Shown here in pieces: positions 41,952-52,417 of a DNA stretch of 64,000 nucleotides. Positions within the stretch are counted from its first letter, which is position 1. Each line of letters opens with the position of its first letter. Below the pieces are notes generated by a model. It saw only the letters and a program-made list of their open reading frames with translations, did no database searches and was not told the origin of the DNA. The position numbers were made by a program, and so were the translations under genes. Source of the DNA: a virus; the IMG/VR virus record IMGVR_UViG_3300043570_002836, positions 1 to 64,000 of that record. One strand, written 5' to 3'.

Positions 41952-43988
41952 ATGATTGAATCTGTAGAAAATAGTGGTAAAGGTAAAAAAGGTGATTCAT
42001 CAACTCCTGTTTTAGATAACTTTAGTCGTGATTTAATTAAATTGGCTGAGGAGGGTAAATTAGACCCTGTAATCGGTCGTGATAGGGAGATTAATAGAAT
42101 CGCCCAAATTTTATCAAGACGTAAGAAAAATAACCCAATTATTATTGGTGAACCAGGTTGTGGTAAAACTGCGATAGTTGAGGGATTGGCGATTAAAATT
42201 TACAACAACGAATGTCCAAGAAATTTAATGGATAAAAAAATCGTATCGTTAGATATGACTTCAATTGTTGCAGGTACAAAGTATCGTGGTCAGTTCGAGG
42301 AAAGGATGAAAGTAATTATTGAAGAATTACAAACAAACCCAAACATTATTGTATTCATTGATGAGATACATACAATTGTTGGTGCTGGTAATTCATCAGG
42401 TTCAATGGATGCGTCTAATATCTTTAAACCCGCATTAGCAAGGGGTGAGATTCAATGTGTCGGAGCAACAACATTAGATGAATACCGTAAAAACTTTGAG
42501 AAAGACGGAGCGTTAGAAAGACGTTTCCAAAAAGTTATTGTTGACCCAGCGACCAAAGAAGAAACTTTTGAAATTCTTAAAAACGCTAAAGACAAATATG
42601 AAAATTACCACAAAGTAGTTTATAGTGATGAGGTATTAACATTGTGTGTTGATTTGGCGGAAAGATATATTACGGATAGAGAATTTCCTGATAAGGCGTT
42701 TGACATCTTAGATGAGGTTGGGGCTCGTAGTCAAGTTGAAGTTAAAATTCCTGATGAAATTGAGAAACTTAAATTAGAAGCTCTTGATATTAAACAAGAA
42801 AAATTGGATGTTGTAAAACGTCAAGATTACGAAGAGGCCGCTAATCTAAGAGATAAAGAAAAACGTATTCTAAACAAATTAGAAACTGAGAAAAAGAAAT
42901 TTGAGGAAGAACTAAATCAACAACGTAAAGAAATTAGTACTGAACTTGTTTATGACGTAGTTTCAAACATGACCAAAATTCCAATTTCTAAATTAAACGC
43001 TGATGAGACAAAATCATTAAGTGAAATGGAAGGTAATTTAAATGATAAAGTTATTGGTCAACCTGAAGCGGTTTCCAAAATTGCTAAATCAATTAGACGA
43101 AATCGTTTAGGGATTAAGGACCCGAACAAACCAATTGGCTCATTTATTTTCCTTGGTTCAACAGGTGTTGGTAAAACTCACTTAGCAAAACAATTAGCCA
43201 AACAAATTTTTGGTACTGAAGATGCGTTAATCAGAATTGATATGTCGGAATATCAAGAGAAACATAATATCTCAAGATTAATCGGTTCACCTCCAGGATA
43301 TGTTGGTCACGAAGAAGGGGGACAATTAACCGAACAAGTTAAAAACAAACCTTACTCAGTGATTTTATTTGATGAGGTTGAGAAAGCGAACAAAGATATT
43401 TTCTCAACATTACTTCAAGTACTAGATGATGGTCACTTGACAGATAGTTTAGGTAGAAAGATTAATTTCAAAAACTGTGTAATCATTATGACTTCAAATA
43501 TTGGGGTTAGAAAATTACAAGATTTTGGAACAGGTATCGGATTTGGAACATCGGCAAAAACTTATGTTGAAGAAGAACAAAAACGTGATATGTTGAAAAA
43601 AGAACTTCAGAAGTTTTTCGCTCCTGAATTCTTAAACCGTATTGATGAGATTGTTGTATTCAAAAGTTTAAATCGTGAGGATGTTAAGAAAATAGTTCTA
43701 TTGGAAGTTGAAAGATTACAAAAACGTTTAACAGGATTAAAATACAACTTCACATTTGACGAATCCGTTATTGATTTAATTTCTGAGGTTGGTTACGATG
43801 AAATATACGGTGCAAGACCTTTGAAAAGAGCTATCCAAGATAAGATTGAGGATTATATCTCAGAAGAAGTGTTGAAGGGTACTTTAGTGGAGAATGTTTT
43901 ATACCGATTAATTGTGATTGATAAAGAAGTTAAAATTGAAGAAGATAAACCTGTAAAAAAAGGTAGAAAGAAAAAGGGGGTTGAATAA
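41952..43988 (+). CDS. clpC: ClpC-like AAA+ unfoldase lacking the N-terminal Clp repeat domain
   Basis: Two AAA modules (GEPGCGKT, GSTGVGKT), UVR-like middle domain, GIGF ClpP-docking loop. Confidence 0.88.
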   Translation: MIESVENSGKGKKGDSSTPVLDNFSRDLIKLAEEGKLDPVIGRDREINRIAQILSRRKKNNPIIIGEPGCGKTAIVEGLAIKIYNNECPRNLMDKKIVSLDMTSIVAGTKYRGQFEERMKVIIEELQTNPNIIVFIDEIHTIVGAGNSSGSMDASNIFKPALARGEIQCVGATTLDEYRKNFEKDGALERRFQKVIVDPATKEETFEILKNAKDKYENYHKVVYSDEVLTLCVDLAERYITDREFPDKAFDILDEVGARSQVEVKIPDEIEKLKLEALDIKQEKLDVVKRQDYEEAANLRDKEKRILNKLETEKKKFEEELNQQRKEISTELVYDVVSNMTKIPISKLNADETKSLSEMEGNLNDKVIGQPEAVSKIAKSIRRNRLGIKDPNKPIGSFIFLGSTGVGKTHLAKQLAKQIFGTEDALIRIDMSEYQEKHNISRLIGSPPGYVGHEEGGQLTEQVKNKPYSVILFDEVEKANKDIFSTLLQVLDDGHLTDSLGRKINFKNCVIIMTSNIGVRKLQDFGTGIGFGTSAKTYVEEEQKRDMLKKELQKFFAPEFLNRIDEIVVFKSLNREDVKKIVLLEVERLQKRLTGLKYNFTFDESVIDLISEVGYDEIYGARPLKRAIQDKIEDYISEEVLKGTLVENVLYRLIVIDKEVKIEEDKPVKKGRKKKGVE

Positions 43989-44002
43989 CCCCCCTTTTTT
44001 AT
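43970..44002. terminator. Bidirectional intrinsic terminator
   Basis: AAAAAGGGGGTT..AACCCCCTTTTT between convergent genes. Confidence 0.85.
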
Positions 44003-44010
44003 TACATTTA

Positions 44011-44826
44011 TTATCCGAGTATAGGGATATTTTTCTTTATAAACGGATAATAATTGTTACCCAAAGATTCAATCATTTCCTTACCCGTTTTAATTCCGTT
44101 ATAAACGTCCTCAATAACAACGTATTCATTTTTTGTGTGGTAATCGTAATAACCAATAGCATAATTGATACAGGAGAAATCAAATTGTTTCTTTAATGCG
44201 TAAACATCCGTGTATGGGTGTGATTGGTACTCGTTACGACCCTCAAATCCTTCAGTCAATACTTTGTCACACTTGTCAAAGAAATCACCCTTACGGTCAA
44301 ATAATTGAACTCCCATACAATACTCACTAACCATTAAGTTGCCAGGTGCGTCAAATTGGATTGCGTATCCAACATTTTCGAAAAACTCAGGGTCAGCATT
44401 TCTTGAACCGTGACAACCTGTTTCCTCAGATACGAAGAACGCAACTTTAAGATTTGGTAATTCTTTTAGTAATTCCAAACAAGCGAATACCCCACATTTA
44501 TCATCACCACCAATACCTGTTGGATTACCTGAATTATTGTAAGCCTTTAACGCTGGTTTTAATTGACCTTGTTCGTTAGGTAAACTTTCTTCTCTAACGT
44601 TGATAGTGTCAATATTATGAACCGTGTCAGTATGAGCAACAACACAAGGGAAATACTCAACCTCATCAGTTTGTTTCGTTACATAGATGTTATTCATATC
44701 ATCTAAGTAATATTCGAAGTTGTTCTCAGTCAACCATTTTTCTAAGAAGTCAACCATTAGTCCTTCTTTATAAGTTTTTGTCGGTACTGATAAAACTTCT
44801 TTTAGTAAATTAAAATCTCTTTCCAT
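44011..44826 (-). CDS. M20/M28/M42-type Zn metallopeptidase
   Basis: AHTDTV, GGDDKCG, SEETG, YHT. Confidence 0.85.
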   Translation of the reverse strand: MERDFNLLKEVLSVPTKTYKEGLMVDFLEKWLTENNFEYYLDDMNNIYVTKQTDEVEYFPCVVAHTDTVHNIDTINVREESLPNEQGQLKPALKAYNNSGNPTGIGGDDKCGVFACLELLKELPNLKVAFFVSEETGCHGSRNADPEFFENVGYAIQFDAPGNLMVSEYCMGVQLFDRKGDFFDKCDKVLTEGFEGRNEYQSHPYTDVYALKKQFDFSCINYAIGYYDYHTKNEYVVIEDVYNGIKTGKEMIESLGNNYYPFIKKNIPILG

Positions 44827-44866
44827 ATTGTAAATGTACGGAAAGTTTATTAATAATAAAATATTT

Positions 44867-46009
44867 TTAAAATTTATTATTGACCCCTAATAAATTTTTA
44901 TTAAAGTTTGACTCTAACTGTTCTCTAATAATTTTTCTGATTTTTTTATTTTCGAATAATTTATAATTCTCAATAAACGTTGGGAAATCCTCAAAACTAA
45001 TTTTTCTAGCCTCCTGAGAACCTCCTGAATTTGAACGTACAATTATTGTTACACCATTAACAACATTAACATTTTTAATTGTGAACGAATATCCTTCCAT
45101 TGTCGGGATTGGATACCAATTAACACCATTATGTTTAACATGGGGTAATTTTTTGATGTATTTCATAATTCGTTCATAACCTTCAAAATCAGCGTCACCA
45201 TCTTCAAACGATGATTCAACCTTTTCAAGAACTCTTTTTAAATAATAATTAACATCTTTATTATACGTATCTCTATCAAAATTTTGACATCCAACGTTCC
45301 AAACATCTTCACTATAATTACCAAAACTTCTATCTAAATTAGTTATTAATTTTTCAATTAATTCTTTGATTGATAAATTTTGAGAATCTGTTTCTTCATA
45401 TAACCTTACTAAATTAGAAGCGATTGTAACATATTCAGTTAATAATTCTTTTTCAACAATGTTATACGGTTCTAAGATATTAGATAATTCGCTTTTAACC
45501 AAGTCAACCAACCCATTTTCCATACATTCATTATACCTATTTTGATATTCGGTAATCATATTACTAACGTCATAACCCCACTCTTTATCATGGTCAAGTA
45601 AAAAGTGAGAAATTCCACCATCGTCATCAATACCTTCAACATTAGGACTGTATTTAATAAGTTCTTTTAAAATACCCCTATTCTCCTCATCAAATTGACC
45701 AAAGTGATATCCTTCTTTAAAATCATCTTCAGCACTATCCCAACTAAGATATTCTCGTGGTTCACGATAATAATAACTATGAATGTTTAGCAACTCGATG
45801 GCGTCCTCCATATCATACTCACTTAAATCATCAATTAGTTTAAGGAATTCTCTTTCCTCAAATGTCAATTTAATAAATGTTTTACCTGGACTATTTTGGT
45901 TAAAGTGTTTAACTTCCATATTATCACCAACTTCGACATCATTCTCGTATTCACCGTCAACAATTGATTTCAATACTATATATTCGTCAGAAAATTCACT
46001 TTCATCCAT
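44867..46009 (-). CDS. Acidic hypothetical protein
   Basis: ORF with late motif upstream. Confidence 0.7.
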   Translation of the reverse strand: MDESEFSDEYIVLKSIVDGEYENDVEVGDNMEVKHFNQNSPGKTFIKLTFEEREFLKLIDDLSEYDMEDAIELLNIHSYYYREPREYLSWDSAEDDFKEGYHFGQFDEENRGILKELIKYSPNVEGIDDDGGISHFLLDHDKEWGYDVSNMITEYQNRYNECMENGLVDLVKSELSNILEPYNIVEKELLTEYVTIASNLVRLYEETDSQNLSIKELIEKLITNLDRSFGNYSEDVWNVGCQNFDRDTYNKDVNYYLKRVLEKVESSFEDGDADFEGYERIMKYIKKLPHVKHNGVNWYPIPTMEGYSFTIKNVNVVNGVTIIVRSNSGGSQEARKISFEDFPTFIENYKLFENKKIRKIIREQLESNFNKNLLGVNNKF

Positions 46010-46107
46010 TTTAGAAACTTTTTTTTATATAAATATACTCAGAGCTTGGTCTTTTCATTTTTTCCCCTATATTTGTATTAATAAACAACGAAAGTTCTTT
46101 GATTTAT

Positions 46108-46491
46108 GGGGATAACTTGGAATTGACTGGCATTGTTAATTATTCGGGGCACGCAGTGAGAAGATTCCTATCACTTAAATCTATGGTGTCAAATTTCAAA
46201 CGGAGACGTTTTAGACAAAATGGAAGTTATCGGATTAATCCGTACTTCTGAAGTTACTGTAGCCTAATAGCAAACGGAAACGCGGGTCGGTGAGCATATA
46301 ACCAAGGAACAGAAGCTCTTACAAAGACGGAAAAACGATTGAGTCCGTAAATCGAATTGTCCATTGGTTGTTAGTTTACGATGGTGAAGAACAAACTTAC
46401 TATTTTTGGAACATTAGAAAATGTTATCCTAAGCGTGTAGTCCTTAGTCTTTAAGGTGTACAAGACGCGGGTTCGACTCCCGCTATCTCCA
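46108..46491 (+). ncRNA. ssrA: tmRNA; predicted tag (A)GDVLDKMEVIGLIRTSEVTVA* at 46202-46267
   Basis: 5' GGGGATA pairs with 3' TATCTCCA (G3:U), GAC motif, T-arm GCGGGTTCGACTCCCGC, internal tag ORF ending in Ala. Confidence 0.9.
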
Positions 46492-46516
46492 CTTTTAACC
46501 CTATCTCCACACAAAT

Positions 46517-46548
46517 AAAAAACCCCACTCTTTTTAGGATGGGGTTTT
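46517..46548. terminator. Bidirectional terminator after tmRNA
   Basis: AAAACCCCA..TGGGGTTTT. Confidence 0.75.
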
Positions 46549-46568
46549 AATGTTTTATTATGGTAAAG

Positions 46569-47222
46569 TTATTTAATTCCTCCTTGTTGAAGTAATTTAC
46601 CAAATGATTTCATATCTTTAAATGCCGCATTTTTTATTTGACTAACATCAGTTTTTGCATATCTTTCCGCTTGATTAAATGCTTGTGTGAAATTTTTAGC
46701 GTCACCACGAGCTGCCGCGATTGACATATTTTTAATAACACCCGCTGGTGAAGTACTAATTAACGCTTTTAATGATTGTTTACCTGTATTAGTACTTAAC
46801 ACACCAAATAATGGACTTGTTTTACTAATAATTTTTTTCCAAGTATCATCACCCGATAGTAAGGAGTATAATGGCCCTAATAACACATTTCCAACAGTAC
46901 TAGATAAACTTTGTTCATCCATTCCACGTCTTGTTCTTACTTTGAACGGTTTACTATGTTTGTCTTTATACGTATCAAACATTTTTCTACCTGAATCACC
47001 TTTACCAAACCATTTAGTATCATGACCATGTTTAGAATCTAAACTATCAAAATCATCAAATTCTTCTTCATCAAAATCATCACCCATATCATCAACTCTA
47101 GTAAATCTATCGTCTTTATCATACCATTCTTCGTCATCAAAAGAACCATATTTACTTTCACTAATCACTCTTTTAACTATTCTCATCAAATCTGATTCTG
47201 TTAATCTTATTACTTTTTTCAT
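46569..47222 (-). CDS. Hypothetical protein with MKKVIRLTESDL leader
   Basis: Shared N-terminal motif; late motif upstream. Confidence 0.65.
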   Translation of the reverse strand: MKKVIRLTESDLMRIVKRVISESKYGSFDDEEWYDKDDRFTRVDDMGDDFDEEEFDDFDSLDSKHGHDTKWFGKGDSGRKMFDTYKDKHSKPFKVRTRRGMDEQSLSSTVGNVLLGPLYSLLSGDDTWKKIISKTSPLFGVLSTNTGKQSLKALISTSPAGVIKNMSIAAARGDAKNFTQAFNQAERYAKTDVSQIKNAAFKDMKSFGKLLQQGGIK

Positions 47223-47303
47223 ATAAATCGTTTTTTAATAAATATATTATAAAATAAAAAAACCCCTCCGTTGAAGAAGGGGTTTTAATGTTTTATTTAA
47301 AGA

Positions 47304-48056
47304 CTACGCCACCTCCGCAGCCTTTGATTTTTTTAATTTTACCCATATTGATTTATCCGTTCTTAAATTTTCGTAATCAAATAATAAAAATACTGATGTC
47401 GGTTCAAGAGTTAAATCATAACTATATGATGTAGTATAATAATTTGCGGTGTATTCACCATCTGAGAATGATACTTTATTGTAATCAATATTGGTTAATA
47501 CAGTATCACCGATTAATTCAGATATCACACCTATTTTAACGTAGATATCACTTTTTTCTGATAACACCTCAACATTAGTATTTTTAACAATAGTTAAAGT
47601 TGCGGGATATAATAATGACCCATTTAATGTTTCTTTAAGGTCAACAAATGTTTTTGTCAATCTAATTTTAGCCTCAAGTTCTCTTTGTAATGAGTCTTCT
47701 AATTCTTTATTTAATTCATTACTGTCTTTTTGTAACTGAGCAAGTTGGGCAGAATTTACTTTTATAGTACGATTATTTTCATTTATCGTACCCACAATCT
47801 CACTAGCTCTTTTTTTATAAGAATCCATTAATTTCTCTCTATCAGGAGTATTTCCTTCTCTTTCAATTAAAATCTGTAATACAGACGTTAATACTTGTAA
47901 TTCTTCATTTTCAGTTGATAAAGAAGAATTAGATAACGTTAATTTACGGATTATACTTTCTTTTTGTTTTGAGCTAATAACGTTTAACTTAATTTCCGCG
48001 ATAATTTCTTTAGATGGTCTTGCGTCTGGTGCTTTAATTGGACTTGAATCTGACAT
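47304..48056 (-). CDS. Coiled-coil hypothetical protein
   Basis: ORF with late motif upstream and hairpin terminator downstream. Confidence 0.65.
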   Translation of the reverse strand: MSDSSPIKAPDARPSKEIIAEIKLNVISSKQKESIIRKLTLSNSSLSTENEELQVLTSVLQILIEREGNTPDREKLMDSYKKRASEIVGTINENNRTIKVNSAQLAQLQKDSNELNKELEDSLQRELEAKIRLTKTFVDLKETLNGSLLYPATLTIVKNTNVEVLSEKSDIYVKIGVISELIGDTVLTNIDYNKVSFSDGEYTANYYTTSYSYDLTLEPTSVFLLFDYENLRTDKSIWVKLKKSKAAEVA

Positions 48057-48160
48057 TTTTATGTTTTTTAGTTTTTATTTGTTTATTATAATAAATATCT
48101 TAAAAACTAAAAATCCCACTTTTTAGGGTGGGATTTACTTTACTTTTTATCAATGTGTTG

Positions 48161-48233
48161 TAGCATCGGACTGGAATCGAACCTGCTTGAGTCGGCTTAT
48201 GAGACCGATGAAATACCTTACCTCCCCCCTGCT
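48161..48233 (-). tRNA. tRNA with CAT anticodon, degenerate acceptor and T stems
   Basis: TCGGT-CTCATAA-GCCGA anticodon arm; GGTTCGATTCC. Confidence 0.6.
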
Positions 48234-48242
48234 ATATATAAA

Positions 48243-49080
48243 AAAACGTTGAGATTACACGTATTATTGAGAACCTTTGGAAGGATTATTGTTTCCCTTC
48301 GTATCCACTTTCTTTTGAAAAGTATTCCTCAGTGTCGGTTTTTTAGGTGAACCACTCCTTGAGACATCAACTACTCTCTCATTACTTAACTCTCTTCGAG
48401 AATGCCTTCCCGACTAATCCTTGCGAGATTAGAGGTATTTGGTAAGAATATAGGTCAACTTGCGGTATTCCTATGCAATGAACAACTCATTACTATGTAG
48501 ACACCTTTCGTTGATATCTGACGGACACTTTTGCTTTATAGTTATAAATGTTACTTCATTTCCTTAAAGTTTTTTGTGTTGTGGATGAATCAAAGCAGTG
48601 GTCCGTCTTTCAGATTCGTCGTCTTTTGAACAACGAAATACCAAACTACTCTGTGAAGTATCCCTACCTCAATATTTTAAGATTACTTCGAGATTATTCT
48701 TTTGGTAAAGAATTATCAAGGAAAATTTCAGCACCACCTGTTTGTTTTCATACCTTTCGGTTTTAAGCCACCTTTTATAATGGAATACGCAATAATAAAA
48801 TTGGATAATCTTATTTTTCACAAAATTCCTACGAGTTATTCCTATTAGAGTTCCCTCCTCAATCTGATGACCCACATCACCAAATCATATAACCACTTTC
48901 TCTACATCGTTGACCTCGATACTAAAGGTTATACGGTATCCCGCTTGTGTACTCGACCTCGGTTTCCCAAGACGCAAATCATTTACACTCATGACTCACT
49001 TTATCCTACTTTCGTAGTTTATTTTATGGACTATACACGGCCCAATATCTTTATCAGTTTCATTACTTACTCCTGAACGG
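48243..49080 (-). ncRNA. Large structured ncRNA, GOLLD-like (boundaries approximate)
   Basis: About 830 nt without a credible ORF, GC above background, many GNRA-capped hairpins, tandem promoters and boxA-like site upstream, tRNA directly downstream. Confidence 0.65.
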
Positions 49081-49288
49081 ATAATCAATTTTTCAAAGAA
49101 CGTCTCGGACATTTCCGATTTGTTTTACAAAGTTACGACTTTACTTTTGTTTTGTCAAGTACCTTGTGAACTTTTTTTTGAGGTTTAGGAAACTCAACGT
49201 TTTATAACAGATTGTCAACCTTTCCCTCATTTGTTTTACAAACTTACGACATTCATATTTGTTTGTCAAGCGATTTGTAAAACTTTTT

Positions 49289-49444
49289 TTAAATTTTTTC
49301 TAAGTAAACTTCGAATGTACCATATTGTGTAGCTCTTGCTTGAGCAAACATTACATTTGGAGTCCAAAGTAACGCTCCGTTATCTGTGCGATAACCGTAC
49401 AATACATTCTCATCGTTTTCTTGGTCAACTACTTTTTCTGACAT
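49289..49444 (-). CDS. Small hypothetical protein, 51 aa (MSEKVVDQEN...VYLEKI), not in ORF track
   Basis: Translated by hand; host-type -7 element at 49500-49507. Confidence 0.65.
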   Translation of the reverse strand: MSEKVVDQENDENVLYGYRTDNGALLWTPNVMFAQARATQYGTFEVYLEKI

Positions 49445-49547
49445 TTGAAAAGAATTAAAGGGTTAATAAAAAAAGAACTGTTTGTTTCTAATTGTTTTAC
49501 AAATGTATGTAATAAATATTGATTAGAAAAGCGAAAACAGTTATTTA

Positions 49548-50105
49548 TTAGAATAATTTTTTCATTCGATTAATTTCCTCTTTAATTAATGTCGATTTCT
49601 CTTCGATTTCCTGTTCATTTAAATCTTTTGATTTTAAGTTTAATGCCCCTTGGGCGAATGTTACAGGCGATAAGAATATTTTTAATAGACCTTTTAATAC
49701 GTCATCCTTAGATTTATATTCTTCATCATTACCGTGAGATTCAGTGTCTTTAGATTTAAAATTAGATGAATTAACACCACCACTAATTAAATCTTCTACA
49801 TTAACATTAGGTGAAATATCAAATGTGAATTTACCATTTTTGGTTTGACCAATTTGTCTTCCTTGGTGAACAATCTGACTATTTGTGACAGTTGGATAAA
49901 ATCCTTCTAATGTACTGACCCATTTATCACTTCCTATTTTGTGAGTAATTTCAACCGAGTCATGTCCTATTTTAGTAACTTTACCTTCATATGGACTAAC
50001 AATATTATCACCACTCTTAGTGGTGAATTTAAGTTTACTTTTATTTAAAAATGAAGTTCCTTCAGGAGTTCCATTAGGACATGGGTTTTCAAATTTTATA
50101 TTCAT
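49548..50105 (-). CDS. M23 peptidase-like fold protein, catalytic residues not evident
   Basis: G..IVSPYEGKV...VEITH...V..GRQIG; HLH motif absent. Confidence 0.5.
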   Translation of the reverse strand: MNIKFENPCPNGTPEGTSFLNKSKLKFTTKSGDNIVSPYEGKVTKIGHDSVEITHKIGSDKWVSTLEGFYPTVTNSQIVHQGRQIGQTKNGKFTFDISPNVNVEDLISGGVNSSNFKSKDTESHGNDEEYKSKDDVLKGLLKIFLSPVTFAQGALNLKSKDLNEQEIEEKSTLIKEEINRMKKLF

Positions 50106-50725
50106 TTCATTAAATTTTTAATCCTTTTAATATCTTCTTGAACATTGGCAAAACCTTTAGCTAAATCATCCAACCCTAAATTAGTTGACAAAACACCTTT
50201 TAATAAATTTTTACCTTCCTCCTTATAATCTGTGGATGATGAACTACTTGATGATGAATTATTATCTGATGACCCACTTGATTCAGGTGAGTCGGTTGTT
50301 GTGTTTGTGGCATTTGAACCCATATTTTTAGAGCTTTGTTTGTGTTCCCAATGCCAAGGTTCTCTTGGTATAGTTGTAAACCCATACGTTGCCGCATTCT
50401 TTTTTAACCACTCAAGGGCGTTACCTTTACCTACCTTAAAATTTAAATCAACGGCACCACCCCATCCATGGTTAGATGTACCAGGTTGTGCGGCTAATCC
50501 CCCTTTAGAATATAAACCTTTTCTTTTTACTAAATCTTTTTGAGTTTCTAAAGTTCGATATGAATCAGTTACGCCCCATTCAACACCTTCAGCTTTAGCT
50601 GCGGCAACCATTTTAAGATAAGCAACTGATGCTTCAGAATTTAATTTATGATTACCACCGATGGATATTAAATAACTACCATTTAATAACCCATTTGACG
50701 CTTCGTTTAAATTAGTTCTATTCAT
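50102..50725 (-). CDS. M15B (VanY-like) peptidoglycan peptidase
   Basis: SYRT...Q, AAQPGTSNHGWGGAVD, EPWHWE. Confidence 0.88.
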   Translation of the reverse strand: MNRTNLNEASNGLLNGSYLISIGGNHKLNSEASVAYLKMVAAAKAEGVEWGVTDSYRTLETQKDLVKRKGLYSKGGLAAQPGTSNHGWGGAVDLNFKVGKGNALEWLKKNAATYGFTTIPREPWHWEHKQSSKNMGSNATNTTTDSPESSGSSDNNSSSSSSSSTDYKEEGKNLLKGVLSTNLGLDDLAKGFANVQEDIKRIKNLMK

Positions 50726-50726
50726 A

Positions 50727-51326
50727 TTAATATGTCATTAACACACCACCTAAAGCGGATGCGTGTTTTTCAAGTTCGTTTATTGAATGTTGACTTAAAT
50801 TCATTTTTTGTTTGGTATAATCTAAACCTAAAGTTCCAATGAATTTGTCATCAATGGTCTTTATTGCAAATAAATACCCTGATTTACAATCTGTGGTTTC
50901 AGCAACATACTTTAGACCAAATGTAGCAATTGATTCGTCTTTATAATCGGGTATAATGATTTTATTATTATCTAATAATTCATTGATTGATTTACTGAAT
51001 AAATTAACAGGGATATTTCTAAAATTAGTTTGTATTGAAGTAACATTAACATTAACTGTTTCATATATAACACTGAATTTAGCAATTGATTTACCTGTAG
51101 GGTAAAAATTACCACCATTGTGAAATTGGGTAATCCAAACTCTATCGGCCTTAAATTCTTCACGAATTTCATCAATACTATGTGTAACTAATTCACTCAC
51201 TTTTAAAGTTTCTTTAATCATATCAGGTTTTGACTTTCTCTTATCTAAATAGGTCTTTAATAGAACTAAAACAACAGGACCAAGAATACCCGTTAAAAAC
51301 GCAACAACAATTTCCTTACTCATCAA
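50727..51326 (-). CDS. Putative holin: N-terminal TM helix plus GAF-like domain (T4 T-like architecture)
   Basis: One TM segment, ADRVWITQFHNG, FIGTLGLDY; next to a peptidoglycan hydrolase. Confidence 0.55.
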   Translation of the reverse strand: MMSKEIVVAFLTGILGPVVLVLLKTYLDKRKSKPDMIKETLKVSELVTHSIDEIREEFKADRVWITQFHNGGNFYPTGKSIAKFSVIYETVNVNVTSIQTNFRNIPVNLFSKSINELLDNNKIIIPDYKDESIATFGLKYVAETTDCKSGYLFAIKTIDDKFIGTLGLDYTKQKMNLSQHSINELEKHASALGGVLMTY

Positions 51327-51382
51327 TAATTTTTATTTTATAAATATCTCTGAACATAAAAAAAAGTCCCGAAGGACTTCTT

Positions 51383-52417
51383 TTATTTCTCGTTAAGTAA
51401 GAATTGATTACTAATGGATTTAAAACTTATTGTTCTATCGTAAGAACGAACAACAACACCTTCTCGTCCAAAATTAGAATTTAAGTTAGAAGGACTTTCG
51501 GCGTATTCTAACATATTGTCAATTGAATTAGGTAAATCAAAATCAAAATCTAATATTGGCACTGTAGTTAATCCAAATTTTTGAGTTATCTCAGTAAATT
51601 GTAAGAATGGGATGTTTTCTTGTGTATCAATATTGAACCCGTTGAAAAATCTTACAGTCTGTCCTTTAATTTTGTAAGGATTACCTTGAACACCTTCACC
51701 AATTAATTCACCTTGTAAACATACGTTAAATCCTAATGTTTTTAACTTATCCTCAAGTTCTAACTCTCTAGCAACTTTCCAAAATGTATTATCATCAGTT
51801 TCAAGTAATTCTAAGTTACGGGAACATACACTAAACACCTCATCTTTCACGTAGAATGTTGCTGAAGAACCATCTAACTTTTCAGTCACGTAAAACTTCA
51901 TCCCCAATTTATTTTGGGTTCTGTATTTTTCGTAATCAGACGCCAAATTTTGAACTCTTTCTTCATCAGTCTTACGGATGAAAGATGGGAACAAACCTTT
52001 AACTTTACCAGCCAAAGATGCTGGAATTGGTGGTTCGTATTTAACAATGTCCAACATTTCAGTAACATCTAACCCTTCAAATGGGGTTACGTTAATGTTT
52101 GCATCAGGTGGGTTTAATACTACAATAGGTAAAATCAAACCTTGAGATACTTGACCTCGTAATCTTATAGTTTTCAAACGGAAACCTTCTTGGTCACCCA
52201 TTTTTTTGAATGAAGTTTTTCTTAAAAATTCAAATTCTTCACGAATTGGTAAGAACGAATCTACTTCACAGTAAACAATTAAATCACCTACTTTGTGATT
52301 CACATCTTTAGCAACAACAACTTTCCATCCGTCAATTGTTGCAAGTTCGATTTTATCGGCCCCCTCAATTGGTTGGATGTTACTTATTTTTCTAACGGTT
52401 GCTAATTTTCTTTCCAT
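51383..52417 (-). CDS. RNA ligase, DRB0094 family
   Basis: N-terminal OB-like RKLATV..I.PIEGAD.IE; TEKLDGSS, QGELIG, REGVV, FKSIS. Confidence 0.9.
   Translation of the reverse strand: MERKLATVRKISNIQPIEGADKIELATIDGWKVVVAKDVNHKVGDLIVYCEVDSFLPIREEFEFLRKTSFKKMGDQEGFRLKTIRLRGQVSQGLILPIVVLNPPDANINVTPFEGLDVTEMLDIVKYEPPIPASLAGKVKGLFPSFIRKTDEERVQNLASDYEKYRTQNKLGMKFYVTEKLDGSSATFYVKDEVFSVCSRNLELLETDDNTFWKVARELELEDKLKTLGFNVCLQGELIGEGVQGNPYKIKGQTVRFFNGFNIDTQENIPFLQFTEITQKFGLTTVPILDFDFDLPNSIDNMLEYAESPSNLNSNFGREGVVVRSYDRTISFKSISNQFLLNEK

Noticed and set aside
48153-49076. Short ORFs of 65-72 aa listed in the track
   Set aside because: They overlap a tRNA and a hairpin-rich RNA, are on mixed strands and show no protein-like features.
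49289-49444. Small ORF upstream of the large ncRNA as a third attenuator leader
   Set aside because: No terminator hairpin follows it and its codons show no restricted pattern.
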